Source: the human T2T-CHM13v2.0 reference genome, Homo sapiens. Taken from it: a stretch of DNA of 64,000 nucleotides. This document shows positions 1 through 14,945 of the stretch, piece by piece. The position numbers and the translations under genes were made by a program. The stretch's first letter is position 1. Each line of letters starts with the position of its first letter. The notes below the pieces were generated by a model. The model worked only from the letters and a program-made list of their open reading frames with translations, did no database searches and was not told where the DNA came from. The stretch lies in NCBI GenBank assembly GCA_009914755.4, contig CP086569.2, positions 21,568,001 through 21,632,000 on the forward strand. The letters are read 5' to 3'.

Positions 1-3000
1 GAGGTGTTTACAGTATTCTCTGATGATAGCTTGTATTTCTGTGGGATCAGTGGTAATATCCCCTTTATCATTTTTTATTGCATCTGTTTGATTCTTCTCT
101 CCTTTCTTCTTTATTAGTCTTGCTAGTGAGTTATTTCTTGTCTTCTGCTGGCTTTTGAATTTGTTTGCTCTTGCTTCTCTAGTTCTTTTAATTGTGATGT
201 TAAGGTGTCAAATTTAGAGTTTTCCTGTTCTCTCTTGTTGGCATTTACTGCTATAAATTTCTCTCTACACCCTCCTTTAAATATTTCCCCAACATTCTGG
301 TACATTTTGTCTTTGTTCTCATGGTTTCAAAGAACATATTTATTTCTGCATTCATTTTGTTATTTATCCAGTAGTCATTCAGGATCAGATTGTTCAGTTT
401 CCATGTAGTTGTGCAGTTTTGAGTGAGTTTCTTAATCCTGAGTTCTAATGTGATTACACTGTGGTCTGAGGGATGGTTTGTTGTGATTTCTGTTCTTTTA
501 TATTTGCTAAGGAGTGCTTTATTTCTAACTATGTGGTCAATTTTGGAGTAAGTGTGATGTGGTGCTGAGAACTATGTATATTCTGTTGATTTGGATGAAG
601 AGGTCTGTAGATGTCTATTAGGTCTGCTTGGTGCAGAGCTGAGTTCAAGTCCTGGATATCCTGATTAACCTTTTATCTCATTTTTCTGTCTAATATCCAC
701 AGTGGTGTGTTAAAATTTCTCATTACTATTGTGTGGGAGTCTAAGTCTCTTTGTAGGTCTCCAAGGACTTGCTTTATGAATCTGGGTGCTCCTGTGTTGG
801 GTGCATATATATTTAGGATAGTTAGCTCTTCTTGTTGAATTGATCCCTTTACCATTATGTAATGGCCTTCTTTGTCTCTTTTGATCTTTGTTGGTTTAAA
901 GTCTGTTTTATCAGATACTAGGATTGCAACCCCTGCCTTTTTTTGTTTTCCATTTGCTTGTCGATCTTCCTCTATCCCTTTATTTTGAGACTACCTGTGT
1001 GTTTGCACATGAGGTGGGTCTCCTGAATACAGCACACTGATGGGTCTTGACTCTATCCAATTTGCAGTCTGTGTCTTTTAGTTTGGGCATTTAGGCCATT
1101 TACATTTAATGTTAATATTTTTATGTATGAATTTGATCCTGTCTTTATAATATTAATTGGTTATTTTGGCCATTAGTTGATGCAGTTTCTTCCTAGTATT
1201 GATGGTCTTTACAATTTGGCATGTTTTTGCAGTGTCTGGTACTGGTTGTTCCTTTCCATGTTTAGTGCTTCCTTCAGGAGCTCTTGTAAGGCAGGCCTAG
1301 TGGTGACAAAATCTCTCAGCATTTGCTTGTCTGTAAAGGATTTTATTTCTCCTTCACTTATGACTCTTTGTTTGGCTGGATATAAAATTCTAGGTTGAAA
1401 ATTCTTTTCTTTAGGAATGTTGAATATTGGAACCTACTCTCTTCTGGCTTGTAGAGTTTCTGCCAAGATATCTGCTGGTAGTCTGATAGGCTTCCTTTTA
1501 TGGGTAACCTGACCTTTTTCTCTGGCTGCCCTTACTAATTTTTTCCTTCATTTCAATCATGGTGAATCTGAAAGGCATATGGGTTGCTCTTCTTGAGGAG
1601 TGTCTTTGTGGTGTTCTCTGTAATTCCTGAATTTGAATGTTGGCCTGCCTTGCTAGGTTTGGGAAGTTCTCCTGGATAGTATCCTGAAGGCTGTTTTCCA
1701 ACTTGGTTCCATTCTCCCCATCACTTTCAAGTACACCAATCAAACATATATTTGGTCTTTTCACAAAGTCCCATATTTCCTGCAGGCTTTGATCATTTCT
1801 TTTTACTCTAATCTTGTCTTCTCACTTTATTTCATTAATTTGATCTTCACTGATATCCTTTCTTTCACTTGACTGAATCAGGTATTGAAGGCAGTGCATG
1901 CATCATATAGTTCTTGTGCCATGGTTTTCAGCTCCATCAGGACATTTAAGGTCTTCTCTACACTGTCTATTCTAGTTAACCATTTGTCTAATCTTTTTTC
2001 AAGGTTTTTAGCTTCTTTGCAATGGGTTCAAACATTCTCCTTTAGCTCAGAGAAGTTTGTTATTACTGACTTTCTAAAGCCCACTTCTTTCAGCTTGTCA
2101 AACTCATTCTCTATGCAGCTTTGTTCTATTGCTGGCAAGGAGCTGCAATACTTTGGAGGAGGAGATGCACTCTGGTTTTTAGAATTTTTAGCTTCCCTGC
2201 TCTGGTTTCTCCCCATCTTTGTGGTTTCATCTGTCTTCATTCCTTGATGTTGGTGATCTACGTATGGGATTTTGTTGTGGATGTCCTTTTTGTTGATGTT
2301 GATGCTATTCCTTTGTGTCTGTTAGTTTTCCTTCTCACAGTGAGGTCCCTCAGCTGCAGGTCTCTTGGATCTTGCTGGAGGTCCACTCCAGACTCTGTTT
2401 GCCTGGGTATCACCAGTGCAGGCTGCAGAACAGCAAATATTGCAGAACAGCAAAAATTGCTGCCTGATCCTTTCTCCGGAAGCTTCATCCCAGAGAGGCA
2501 CCCAGCTGTATGAGGTGTCAGTCAGCCACTACTGGGAGGTGTCTTCCAGTTAGGCTACATGAGGGTCAGGGACCCAATTGAGGAGGCAGTCTGTCCATTC
2601 TCTGAGCTCTAACAGCATGCTGGGAGAACCATTGGTCTCTTAAGAGCTGTCAGACAGGGACACTTAAGTCTGCAGAAGTTTCTGCTGCTTTTTGTTCAGC
2701 TATGCTCTGCCCTCAGGGGTGGATTCAATGGAGGCAGCAGGCCTTGCCATACTGCAGTGAGCTCCACCCACTTCGAGCTTCCTCAGACACTTTGTTTACC
2801 TACTCAAGCCTCAGCAATGGTGGACAACCCACCACCTGCCCAGCTGCTGCTTTGCAGGTTGATCTCAGACTGCTGCACTAGCAGTGAGCAAGGCTTCTTG
2901 GGCATGGGACCCACTGATCTAGGCATGGGACCCACTGATCTAGGCATGGGATATAATCTCCTGGTTTGCCATTTGCTAAGACCATTGGAAAAGTGCAGTA

Positions 3001-3290
3001 TTTGGGCAGGAGTGTCCCATTTTTTCCAAGTACCATCTGTCATGGCTTCCCTTGGCTAGGAAAGGGAAATTCCTCAACCCCTTCTGCTTCCTGTGTGAGG
3101 TAATGCCCAACCCTGCTTTGGCTCACCCTCCATGGGCTTCAACCACTGTCCAACAAGTCCAGTGAGATGAACCATGTACCTCAGTTGGAAATGTAGAAAT
3201 CAAACATCTTCTGCATGAATCACAGCTGCAGACTGGAGCAGTTCCTATTGGCCATCTTGGAACAGAATCTCCCTCTGACTACTTTTTAAT
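1..3290 (-). mobile_element. L1PA-type LINE-1: 5'UTR, ORF1 and N-terminal half of ORF2 on minus strand; 3' part lies beyond window start; ORFs interrupted (non-functional)
   Basis: Minus-strand ORFs 673-855 (MVKGSIQQEELTILNIYAPNTGAPRFIKQ = ORF2 endonuclease), 123-305 (ORF2 ...[14 protein letters not shown]...), 1498-1764 and 2028-2240 (ORF1 C- and N-termini); rc of 2250-3290 matches L1PA 5'UTR (..ccaagatggccaataggaactgctccagtctgcagct..). Confidence 0.85.
2895..2950. repeat. short tandem triplication (~21-bp unit 'ggcatgggacccactgatcta') inside the L1 5'UTR
   Basis: direct reading of repeated unit. Confidence 0.6.
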
Positions 3291-3299
3291 GGGATTAAA

Positions 3300-6200
3300 A
3301 AAATTTTTTTTCTCAGTGGTTTAAATGGAAAGACCTCTTTTCCAGCTCTAAACTTTTTCTTCTGCCTGGTCTAGCATATTGTTAAAGTTGTCAACTCTAT
3401 TTGTAATTTCTTCAATACATTTTTATTTCCAGAAGTTTTGGGTTTTTTATTAATAATATGTATTATTTTTCGGATTTCTTTGTGTTAGTTTTTAACTTTA
3501 TCTTGTATTTCATTAAGCTTCCTTACAATCTATATTTTCAATTTTCTATCTGTCATTTTGGGACTTTAAATTTTGATTAGAGTACACATTGTTAGAGAGT
3601 AGGTATGATCTTTTGGTTGTGTCATAACACACTGATTTTTCCTACCATCAGGATTCATATTATGGTTTCTTTTCATCTAGGCAAGCTGTAATTTTTTTAT
3701 ATATTTCTATTTACTTTTGTTTGGATAAGATGTCATTTTCTCACTTTAGAGCATGATTGTCACGTATGTTGTGTATGGTCATTTGGTTTCTATCCTATGT
3801 GCTGTTTCAGCAAAGGCTACTGGATGAATTTTTTGCTTATAGGTAGCTTTCATGAAGTGGCTTCCATAAATGTTGGTTGTAATAATGATGCACGCAGCGT
3901 ATAAGCAGGGTCACTGCCTTCTGTAAAACTGGGGTTGTGAAGGTCTTAGAAAGCTGATTTTATTCCTTACCATTGTGTTTTTTTGTCAGCACGTTTTATA
4001 TTGAATTGTAGAGTTTAACCTCCATGCTGGTAGGTGGTGCTTATAGGGAAGAGCCATTGTGGCAGAAGCAGATGGGATCTGCTTGATCTTTGTTTACTGG
4101 GAGGTGTTTTCTCTTGTTCCTGGTGATGCACTTGTTTGTGGAATATATGGTGTTATGAATTTCCTGTTCAAGGCATGCAGGGGTGGGGAGAAAGTCAGCT
4201 GGACCTGGATTTCTATACTTGTCTTTTAATGTCCCAATGTCAAGTAAAGGCACCAGCTATAATCGGGGGGACAGGCAAACTCCTGATGAGTGGAGGACAC
4301 CACCAGCAGGGGGACTGCATCGGCTCCACGTTCTCAGAAAGCAGAAATGTGGTTGATTCTCTGTATCTCCCCTGTCCCAGGGCTCCTGACTGTCAGTTCA
4401 AGCAGAAACTGACATCTACTTCCAGGGCACAATGTAGCATACCATGAAAAATACCTGCCCTGTTGTTCTCTGCAGAAATGGCTCCAAGGTAAAATGTCTT
4501 TCCTTAGCCCAATACAGACAGAGATGTTGTTCTATTTTTCAATGCAGATATGCTGTTGCTTCATGCAGAGAGGGAGAAGACCGCCATTTTTTGGTATGTG
4601 TGAATGTGTGTCAGCTATGTGATATGAGCTTGTTGGGTTTGCCTGATGTCAGACGCTAGTAGAGGCAATCAGGTGCCAGTCGTGGTGGACTAGGTTAGGC
4701 AATCTTCCAGTTTCTACCCTAGATGACCCTCTGGATGGTATGCAGAAGTCCTAGAGGGACATAATTGGGACTGAGTTTTCCTAAGATACCCAGGGTTTAG
4801 GTGATGTCTGTAATGGGAATGGATAGACTAATTCTCAGGACACTGACAGAAAGCTCAGGCATGGTCAGGGTGCCTGTGCTGTGGACATGGCACCAGAGAA
4901 TGCAGGCCCCACCCAAGGGAGGCAAACATCTCTGAGCCATGTAACCTGCTCACACCTCCATCCAACAACAACAGCAGTATCTGACCCTGGCACACACAAA
5001 GGCATCCAGTCTCTTTGCTCTCTGCTCAGACTGGTGGTGGGAGCAGTGTTACAGCTGGCAGCCCTAGGGCACACTGGAAGCATTTGGGGCCCAGGATCTC
5101 AGAATGGCCCAAGGATGCAGTTAAAATGCTTGGTGGGTTGGGGGGTGGGGGTGGTACTAAACAGCTGTTCTGAAAGTCTGCTACCAGTGAAGGTGGTCCC
5201 CTCTTAGTGAGACCTATGAGATGTGCACCCTGTTTATGGAAATCTGCCATCAAAGAAGGCAGGTCTCTCTCAGTGGGAGCAGTGGAGGGAGACAGCTATG
5301 AGACTCACAGTTTTCTCATGCCCTTATCTCACAACCGTAGCAACAAAATGAATTGCTGATGAATATGAAGCTACCCGGGCTCTCAACTTTCTCTTCAGCC
5401 TGGCAACAATGGCAAGGGCAGCAGTGAAAGCCCCTGGAAGGCCACAGGACTCCAGGGTCTGAACTCTTAGGATTGCAGCAGTTTGCTGCTGAAAAAGTTA
5501 AGTAGGGGAAAGGATTCTGTGTTGCAGGCCCATCAACAGAGAAGGCTGGCCTCCTTGGTGGAAATAGTGGAGGCAGGCATAATTGGTGTCCAGTTCACGA
5601 ATTCCTCCATCCTCCAGCATCAGGGTTGGTATCTGTCCTTCAGGCTTGCAAAGGAGCTCAGTCTCCCTACTCCCTCCCTGGTTCAGTGGTGGCAGCCACA
5701 GTGACTTTGCTGGTGGCAGTGGCCTCAGGGAAGAATGCAGGTCTCTTGGGGTCCATGCCATAAGAATGGCACCTGACAGTGGCTGCTTAGGCTTTGAAAG
5801 CCTGCCAGGAGTATGCAATAGAGGGGAGACTTAAGAGGCTCTCCCTTAGCTGGGATTGTAAAACTCCAGTAAAACACTGATGTCTCAGGAGTTCATCTCT
5901 TACACCTTCCCTGTGTCAGACAGTCTCTCCCAGCTCTTTGCCAATCCTAGCCCAGCAAGCTGCCTGGCTTAACTCTTATTTGCCTTCCATAATTCTCATT
6001 GCTTATCTAATTAAATCCAGTGATTTTCTTAAACTATCTGTTTGAAGTGTGAATATTTGCTTGCTGTTTTGATCTTCTCCATGGAAGAGGTGCCATTAGC
6101 TGCATCTAGTCAGACATCTTGAACTGGAACAATTAATTATTTGTTTTTACTGGGATCTGTTGCTTGAGAGCTATTGTGTTTCTTTGTGTCATATTTTCTT

Positions 6201-7300
6201 TTTGAAGGAATATTTTCTTTGTTCTTATGTTGAGATCTGTGCATCTGATGAAACAATCATTTCTTCTAATATTTTAAATTTGCTTTTGTAGGGGAGGATG
6301 CTTTTCTGAAGGTGTACACATGTTGTTGGTTTGGTAAGGCACTTTGGCTTTAATTTGGGTTTATGCAGTAGTGTAATCTCTATAAATTTTTGGCTGTAAA
6401 CAACAGTATCTATGATTTCCTTGGTGACTTAGCATATATTTATTAGTGAAGGCAACAATGACGTTTTGTTGGGGACTGTGATGCCAGGTTGGGCAGTCTT
6501 GGTGCTTCAGTGGTAATAGTAAGCTAGTCATGCCTGTCCTTGGATCTTAGAGTGACGTATGCTGGCACTAATGTTAGTGGGTCTAGGTGGGCTGATTCTT
6601 CAGCCTCCAAGTGGATTCCTTGGATGACACAGTGGCTGTGGTAGGCCAGGCATGTAGGTAAGTTTCTATGCTCCTGGGCAAATATTATGTAAGTGATGGC
6701 AGTAGTGGTGGTAAAAGAATCCACTAAAACCCAAGAAGTCTGTGCTTATCTGGGCAGTCATTACAGCAGGCTGTGTGAATTAGTCTGTTGATAGCAGATG
6801 CAGGTAGGTACCAGCTGTAGTGATATTATCAGGTTGGGATGGCCTGATCTCATGCCGCAAGAGAACTGTTCATGTGCCAACAATGGTAGACTGAGTTGGG
6901 TAACTTTCAGGCCCAGGGATAATGTGCTCAAGAACCGGGTGGAAAATACCAGGCTGGGGAACTTGCCCTCTGGCACTCTGCTGGTGTTTTTATTTGTTAA
7001 CTGTGACAGTCAGTGATGGAGTGGTCCCCAGGATGTTGGCAGAATGCTCAGGTGGAGGCAGCAGTGGTCTCACTGAATCAGCTCCAAAGCAGCCCATAAC
7101 AACAGTAATGGGATTTCTTCACAAGGCATATGAAAGTGGCAGCCTTCACCTCTCTTTACCTGGACTGCTGGTGGCAGTGGCAGCATTAGCCATGGCCCCA
7201 GAGCAGAATGCAGCCCTTTGGAGTCTGTACACTCAAATTGCAGTTGGATTTTAAAATACCTTTTTCATCTCCCCCAGTCCCAATGCCAGAGAAGTAGCCT
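3300..7300. other. unclassified, internally repetitive non-coding block (degenerate repeated sub-units, no recognisable TE ORFs)
   Basis: related segments recur (e.g. 5395-5440 / 5690-5760 / 7150-7250 'ctggtggcagtggc..gcagaatgcag..'; 5190-5215 / 7000-7030 'cagtga(a/t)gg..gtggtcccc'); no long ORF, no Alu/L1 hallmarks. Confidence 0.3.
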
Positions 7301-9258
7301 TAACTAGTAATACAGTGAACAGTGAGTTTTACCTCAATCAGGAGAAAAGTCAGCAGATTTAAAGTAGACAGAGAAAACATTTAGAGATAGGCAGAGAATT
7401 TAGAAGATTACATGTTAAATTTATAGTTGCGGAGGTTTGGTTTGCTTGTTTAAATAATGACTATTTGAGCTCTGAATTTTTCTTGATGCAATTTGGCCAT
7501 CAGTTTAAAAATATGTGCTAAAACATGCTGTAATATATAGCTACTTGTAGTCCAAGAAAACCTGTCATGACTTCATGCTTAAGAGTCTTGTTTATTATTT
7601 TAAAGTAAAACCCCATGAGAAAGCCCTTCCAATCTAGGGAGATACTTGCAAGTAAGTAAGGGTACTAACTGGAGGTTGGTTGTCCAGTGCCCTTATTGTT
7701 TCAGTTTTGGATGGTTTATTTCCTACTGTAAGATATTAGCAAAGCAGAAATGCTAATAACAAATAGCGGGCCATATGTGCTACATTGAGCAGCTATTGCT
7801 AATGGCTGTTATTCGCCTTATGTTTTTTTTTCTCTCCCTTTGACTAAGGTAAGTGTGGAGGCTCAGAGGAGGTGGGGTGAACAACTCATATTTGTGCCCC
7901 GGGACAAGTTAATTACTAATTATTTGTCACAAGGAGTCCCTTATAGGACCACTGCATATCACAAAGATTATGTCTCTGACATTTTCACGAGACCTCTGGT
8001 CACCTGGAGATGGCAAATCAAAATCTGACTGGAATAAGAAAATGCCTTTTGTTTTTGTATTTTTTCCTAGGCTTAAACCTAGGAAATTTTTAATAAGTCA
8101 TGTGTTGCTGAATCTTATTATAAATTATATTACAAGAAAAAGCAGCAGTACAACCTGGCCAACCAGATTACCTTACATAACTGTTCCTTTCTAGCATCTT
8201 TCAGTTAGGAGAATTTAATTTCTTGAGATACAAAAATATTCTGGAAAAACTTTATCTTTTATAAAAGAGTATAAACCACTGGTAAATAAAACTCATGACC
8301 ATCAATCAAGTGGGAGGTCTGAGATTTTCTCAGGAAGGTTTCATTCAGTCATCTGCAGATATGAAGGAAAAATTGGGGTTCAAAGGGCTGATGTTGGTAT
8401 CAAAGAACTCAGTTCCTGTAATGTTCCAGATGATCTTGGGATGTGTACTCTGAGGTCCCTGCATGATTGTTAAAATTGTTAGCTATAAAAAAGGGGGGTC
8501 TTATATAGAATTAAAGTTAGCTTTTTTTCAGAGTCTTACTGAGCATTGCAATTCAAGAGAGTATTTGCTCCAGGTAAGATTCAGCTCATATCCACCTGTG
8601 GTGGCTACAGGGTAAGACTCCTTCTCTTTGAGAAAAGTGAAGGGTAAAGTAAAGGACTTTGTCTAGCACCTTAGGTATCAGCCCAGCCACAGTGGAGTTA
8701 TGGGGTCTATGATTTCAGGCCTTGGCTCTAGGATGGCATTTCTGGACCTTCTAGGTCCAGAAGAGAGCCCACTGCCATGAAAGGTAAGTCACAGGTTTGG
8801 CAGCATTCTCTACTAGTTGACTTAAGACACCTTGGGCCTTAAGGGAACATCAGTGGCAGTCTGACAGTGTTCCATGTGGACCTGTGTTGGTGGTAGCCAT
8901 GGAGTGAGGTTCCTCTGTCTTTGGAAAGTGGACAGAAGAGAGAGAAGGACTGCAGTTTGTGGTTCAGCTCAGCTGCAGTACAATAAAACACCAGGTAGCC
9001 TTTAATATTTTAACATTAGTCCCTGGCTGCTGCGTGGCACCTTTGGAACTGCCTAGGTCATGAATAATTTACCACTCTGAAGGGAAGGACCCAGTACTGG
9101 CTGGCTTCATGACCTACTGATTGTAGAGCCCCAGGGCCTTGAGCCACCCTAGGTGGTAGGTAAGAGTGGTTAGAGCAGGCCATGTGTAAGATCCAGTGCC
9201 GTGTTGGCGTCTGGTCTGACCCAGCACAATTCTGCTGCTGGTGCCCACAGCAGTCCTT

Positions 9259-9440
9259 CTGTTATTACACTCCTGGCTCCAAGTGGCTTATGAGAGGAAA
9301 AGACACACATACACACACACACACATTCCATTTGGTAAGAAGCAGTGTTTGTGTTATTACTCTCCTGGCTCCAGGTGGCTTATGAGAGGGAAGGACACAC
9401 AGACACACACACACACACACACACACCATTTGTTTGGTAA
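9259..9440. repeat. ~85-bp tandem duplication, each copy ending in a (CA)n microsatellite
   Basis: 'tgttattac(a/t)ctcctggctcca(a/g)gtggcttatgagag..acacaca..' occurs twice in tandem. Confidence 0.75.
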
Positions 9441-9690
9441 AAAGCAAGAGAGGAGAACAAGAGTCTCTGCCTGGAAATCCAGAGAATTCTTCTGTGTCCT
9501 GTCTGAGACAATCAGGTGTTACCTCCATAAGTCTGAAAGAACCATAAGACCACAGGACTTGGGGTGACCCCTAAAGCCAATATATGTTAGAACACAATAC
9601 TCAAGTGTTTTTAAATATCTGGAAGCCTTCCCAAGAAAGAGAGGTACAAATAAGCCCAGACTATGAAGACCATAAGAAATATCTAATTCT

Positions 9691-9999
<309 letters not shown>

Positions 10000-10489
10000 G
10001 AAATACCTAATTCTTCGATACCCAGATACAGACAAACATACACAAGTACCAAGATGATCCAGGAAACAAGACCTCTCAAAATCAACTAAATAAAGCAACA
10101 GAAACCAATCCTGGAGAAACAGATATGTGACCTTTCAGATAATTTAAAATAGCTTTTCTGAGGAAACAAAATATTCAAGATAACATAGGAAAATTCAGAA
10201 TTCTATCAGATAAATTTAACAAAGAGATTGCAATAACTAAAAATAACCAAACAGAAAATCTGGAGCTGAGAAAATGAGTCTTTAACAGCAGAATTGTTGA
10301 AATAGAAAAAAGCATTAGTGAACTTGAAGACAAGCTATTTTAAAATACACAGTCACAAGAGTCAGAAAAAAAAGAAAGAACAATGAAGAATGACAACGTG
10401 ACTTAGAAAATACATCAGAAGGGCAAATATAAAGGTTATTGGCCTTAAAAAGGAGGTACAGAAAGAAATAGGGATAGAAACTTAATTCA

Positions 10490-10789
<300 letters not shown>

Positions 10790-13619
10790 TTATTCAAAAA
10801 GATAATAACAGAGAATATCTTAAACCTAGAGGAATATATCAATATCCACATACAAGAAAGTAATAGGATATTAAACTGATTTAACCCAAAGAAGACACCT
10901 TAAGGCATATAATAATCAAACTCCCAAAGGTCAAAGATAAAGGAAGAGTTTTAAAAGTAGCAAGAGAAATGACACACAAAAAAACATGCAATGGAGCCCT
11001 AATAGTTTCAGCAGTGGACTTTTCAGAGAAAACCTTGTGGGCTGAAATTCTTAAAATGCTGACACAAACAAAACAAACAAATAAAAAATACCTTTCATCG
11101 TAGACTGGTATATTCAATGAAAATATCCTTCAAACATGAAGGAGCAATAAAGACTGTCAGAGATGAAAGCTGAGGAATTTCATGAACATCATACCCGTCT
11201 TACAGAAAAAAAACATGTTTAAAAGGAGTACTTCAATCAGAAAGCAAATGACATTTATGAGCAATAAGAAATCATCTGACAGTACAGAACCCACTGGTAT
11301 AGTAAGCATAGAGAAAAACTACAAAATATTATAATATGGTAACTGTGTTGTGTGAATTACTCTTAATTAGAAAGAGTAAACAATGAACCAATCAAAAATA
11401 ATAACTGCAACAACTTTTCAAGACATAGTCCCTAATACAAAAATAAACAAGAAAAAGTTAAAAGTGAGGTGACAAAGTTAAGGTATAGAGCTTTTATTAT
11501 TTTTCTTTTGGCTTGTTTGTTTATGCAGAGAGGGTTAAATTGCTATCAGCTTAAGATGTTTGGTTATAAGATAGCATTTGAAAGCCTTATGGTAATCTCA
11601 AACCAAAAAACATACAATGGATGTGGATTAAAAAAAGAAATAAACCAAAAACTAAATCATATCACCAGAGAAAATCACCTTCACTGAAAGCAAGACAGGA
11701 AGGAAACAAATAAGGAAAGAAGACCATAAAGCAACCACAACACAAATAAGAAAATGGAAAATGGCAAGAGTAAGCACTTAGCCATCAATAATAAAATGGA
11801 CTGTAAATGAACTAAACTCTACAATCAAAAGACATACAGTGGCTGCATAAATAAAACAATAAGATCTAATGACCTGTTGCTTAAGAAACACAATTTACAT
11901 ACAAAAACACACATAGACTGAAAATGAGGGACGGAAATAGTTATTTCATGCAAGTGGAATCCCCCCACCACCAAAAAAAGAAAAAAGATCAGGAGTCATT
12001 ATATCAGACAAAATAGATATCAAGACTAAAACTGTAATAGGAGACAAAGAGGTTCACTATATAATAATAAAGAAGTAAATTTAACATGAGGATATAACAT
12101 TTTTAAATATGTATGTACTCAACCCTGGAGCACCTGACATATAAAGCAAAGATTATTATAGCTAGAAAAAGATAACCCCAATACAATAATAGCTGGAGAC
12201 TTCAACACCTCACTTTCAACATTGGACAGGATTTCCAGACAGAAAATCCATAAAAAACTTTGGACTTAATCTGCACTAGAGACCAAATTGACCTAACAGG
12301 TATTTACAGAACCTTTCATCCAATATTCTGTAACATGGATGACCATTTCATCCAATACATTTTTTTCTTAGCACATGGATTATTTTTCAAAGATAGATCA
12401 CATGTTATTTTACAAAACAAGTCTTGAAACTTTCCAAAAATTGTAATAATATTAAGCATCTTTTCTGACCACAATGGAATATTACTAGAAATAAATAACA
12501 GAAGCAGTTTTGGAAACTATACAAATACATTGAAATTGAATAATATACTACTGAATGACCAGTAGGTCAAGAAAAGGATTAAGAAGAAAATTTAAAAATT
12601 TCTTGAAACCAATGATAAAGGAAGTATGGCATACCAAAACCTATGAAATGCAGTGAAAGCAGTACTAAGAGTTCTACCATACTAAGTATATGGCTATAAT
12701 AAGTGGCTACATGAAAAAAGAAGAAAAACTTCAAATAACAACCTACCAATTCCTCCTGAAGAACTAGAAAAGCAAAATCAAAGTGAACCCAAAACTAGCA
12801 CAAGAAATTATAAAGATTAGAGCATAAATGAAATTGAAATAAAAAATACAAAGAACAATGAAGCAAAAAGATGTTTTTTTTAAAAAAAATACAAAATTGA
12901 GAATCCCTTAGCCAGACTAAGAAAAAAAGAGTGAAGATCCAAATAACTCAGAGTTGAAAAAGGAGACATTGAAATTGATTCTGCAGAATCTCAAAGTATC
13001 ATTACTGGCTACCATGAGCAACTCTATTCCAAAAAGTGGAAAATCTAAAAGAAATAGAAAAATTTCTAGATACATAAAACCTATCATGAAGAATGAATCA
13101 TGAAGAAATCCAAAACATAAACAAACCAACAACAAATAGTGACATCAAAGCTGTAATAAAAATCCTCCCAGGGAAGAAAAGCCGAGGACCTGATGGCATC
13201 ATTGCTGAATTTTATCAAACATTTACGGAAGAACTAATACTTATTCTACTCTATTCTGAAAAACAGAGAGGGAGAGAATACTTCCAAACCAATTCTATGA
13301 AATCATTACTACTCTGATACCAAACCCAGACAAAGACAAATTAAAAAAAGAAAACTACAGACGAATATGTCAGATAAGCATTGATGAAAAAGTCCTCAAT
13401 AAAATACTATTATAGCAAACTGAATTCAGTGATACATTTAAAAGATTATTTGTTGTGACCAATTGGGAATTATGTCTGGAATTCCAAGATGGGTAAGAAT
13501 GCACAAACCAATCAATGCAATATATCATAGTCACAGAATAAAAGACAAAGATAATATGATCATTTAATTCATGCTAAGGAAGCACTTAATGAAATTTAGC
13601 ATCTCTTCCTGATAAAAAT

Positions 13620-13620
13620 C

Positions 13621-13650
<30 letters not shown>
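13620..13650. repeat. poly(A) ~30 nt tract inside L1 ORF2 region
   Basis: uninterrupted A run. Confidence 0.8.
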
Positions 13651-13653
<3 letters not shown>

Positions 13654-14815
13654 AGGGAATAGAAGAAATAGACCTCAACATAACAAAAGCCACATATGAC
13701 AGACCCATGGCTAATATCACACTGAGTGAGGTAAAGCTGATCTTTCTCAAAGATTTGGAAAACAACAAGTATGTCTAAAGTCACCATTGTTATTTAACAC
13801 AGTAAGAGAGGTTCTAACTAGAGCATTCAGGCAAGAGAAAGATAGAGAGGGCATCCAAATTGGAAAGAAAGGTGTCAAATTATCATTGTTTGCAGATGAT
13901 ATTATCTTGTATTTGGAAAAACCTAAAGATTTCACCAAAAAAAAAACTATGAGCACAGATAAGCAAATTCAGTGAAGTTGTTAGATACAAAATCAATATA
14001 CAAAAATCATTAGCATTTGTTTATGCCAACTGTGAACAATCTGAAAAGGAAATGAAGACTGTAATTTCATTTATAATAGCAATAAATAAATACCTAGGAA
14101 TTAACTAAAGTGAAAGATTTCTGTAATGAAAACAATTAATCACTGATGAAAGAAATTGAAGATGACATACAAAAAAAAAATAGAAAGATATTCCTTGTTA
14201 TTGGTTTGGAAGAATCAATATTGTTGCAATGTCCACATTACCCAAAACAATCTGTAGATTCCATGCAAGCCCTATCAAAGTACCAAGAAAATTCTTTATA
14301 GAAATAGATAAAGTGATTCTAAAATTTATATGGAAACACAAAAAACCCAGAATAGCCAAACCTTTCCTAAGCCAAACTGAGAAATTACATTAACTGACTT
14401 TAAATTATACTGCAGAGATATGGTAACCAAAACAAAATGGTACTGTCATAAAAAACAGACACATAGACCAATAAAACAGAATAGAGAACACAGAAACAAA
14501 TCCATACACCTATATTGAAGTGATTTTTTGATAAAGATGCCAAGCATATATACTGGGGAAACGATAGTTTCTAATAAATTGTTCCAGGAAAGCTAGATAT
14601 CCATATTCAGAAAAATGAAAATAGATCCCTAACTCTTGCCATATGCCAAAATCAAATGAAAATAGATTAAATAATCAAGTCTAAGACCTCAGACTATGAA
14701 AATACTGGAAGAAAGCATAGAAGAAACTCTCTAGGACATTGATTGGGGCAAAAACTTATGAAGTCATACTCCACAAGCAGTGGCAACCAAAACAAAAATG
14801 GTCAAAGGGAATCAC

Positions 14816-14945
14816 ACCAAGTTAAAAAGCTTCTTAATGGGTGCAGCACAACAACATGACACATATATATATATGCACCCAACCGGCACGTTGTGCACAT
14901 GTACCCTAGAACTTAAAGTATAATAATAATAAAAACAACCTTCTG
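14816..14945 (+). mobile_element. very short L1PA 3'-end fragment nested in the older L1
   Basis: ggtgcagcacaacaacatgacacatatatatatatgcacccaaccggcacgttgtgcacatgtaccctagaacttaaagtataataataataaaaac = L1PA 3'UTR terminus. Confidence 0.6.

Noticed and set aside
7820-7850. Perfect donor-like site (..ctttgactaag|gtaagtgtg) after a polypyrimidine run, followed by ORF 7840-8028
   Set aside because: It is an isolated consensus match with no upstream acceptor/ORF context, no homology, and no CpG island. It is an expected chance occurrence in 64 kb.
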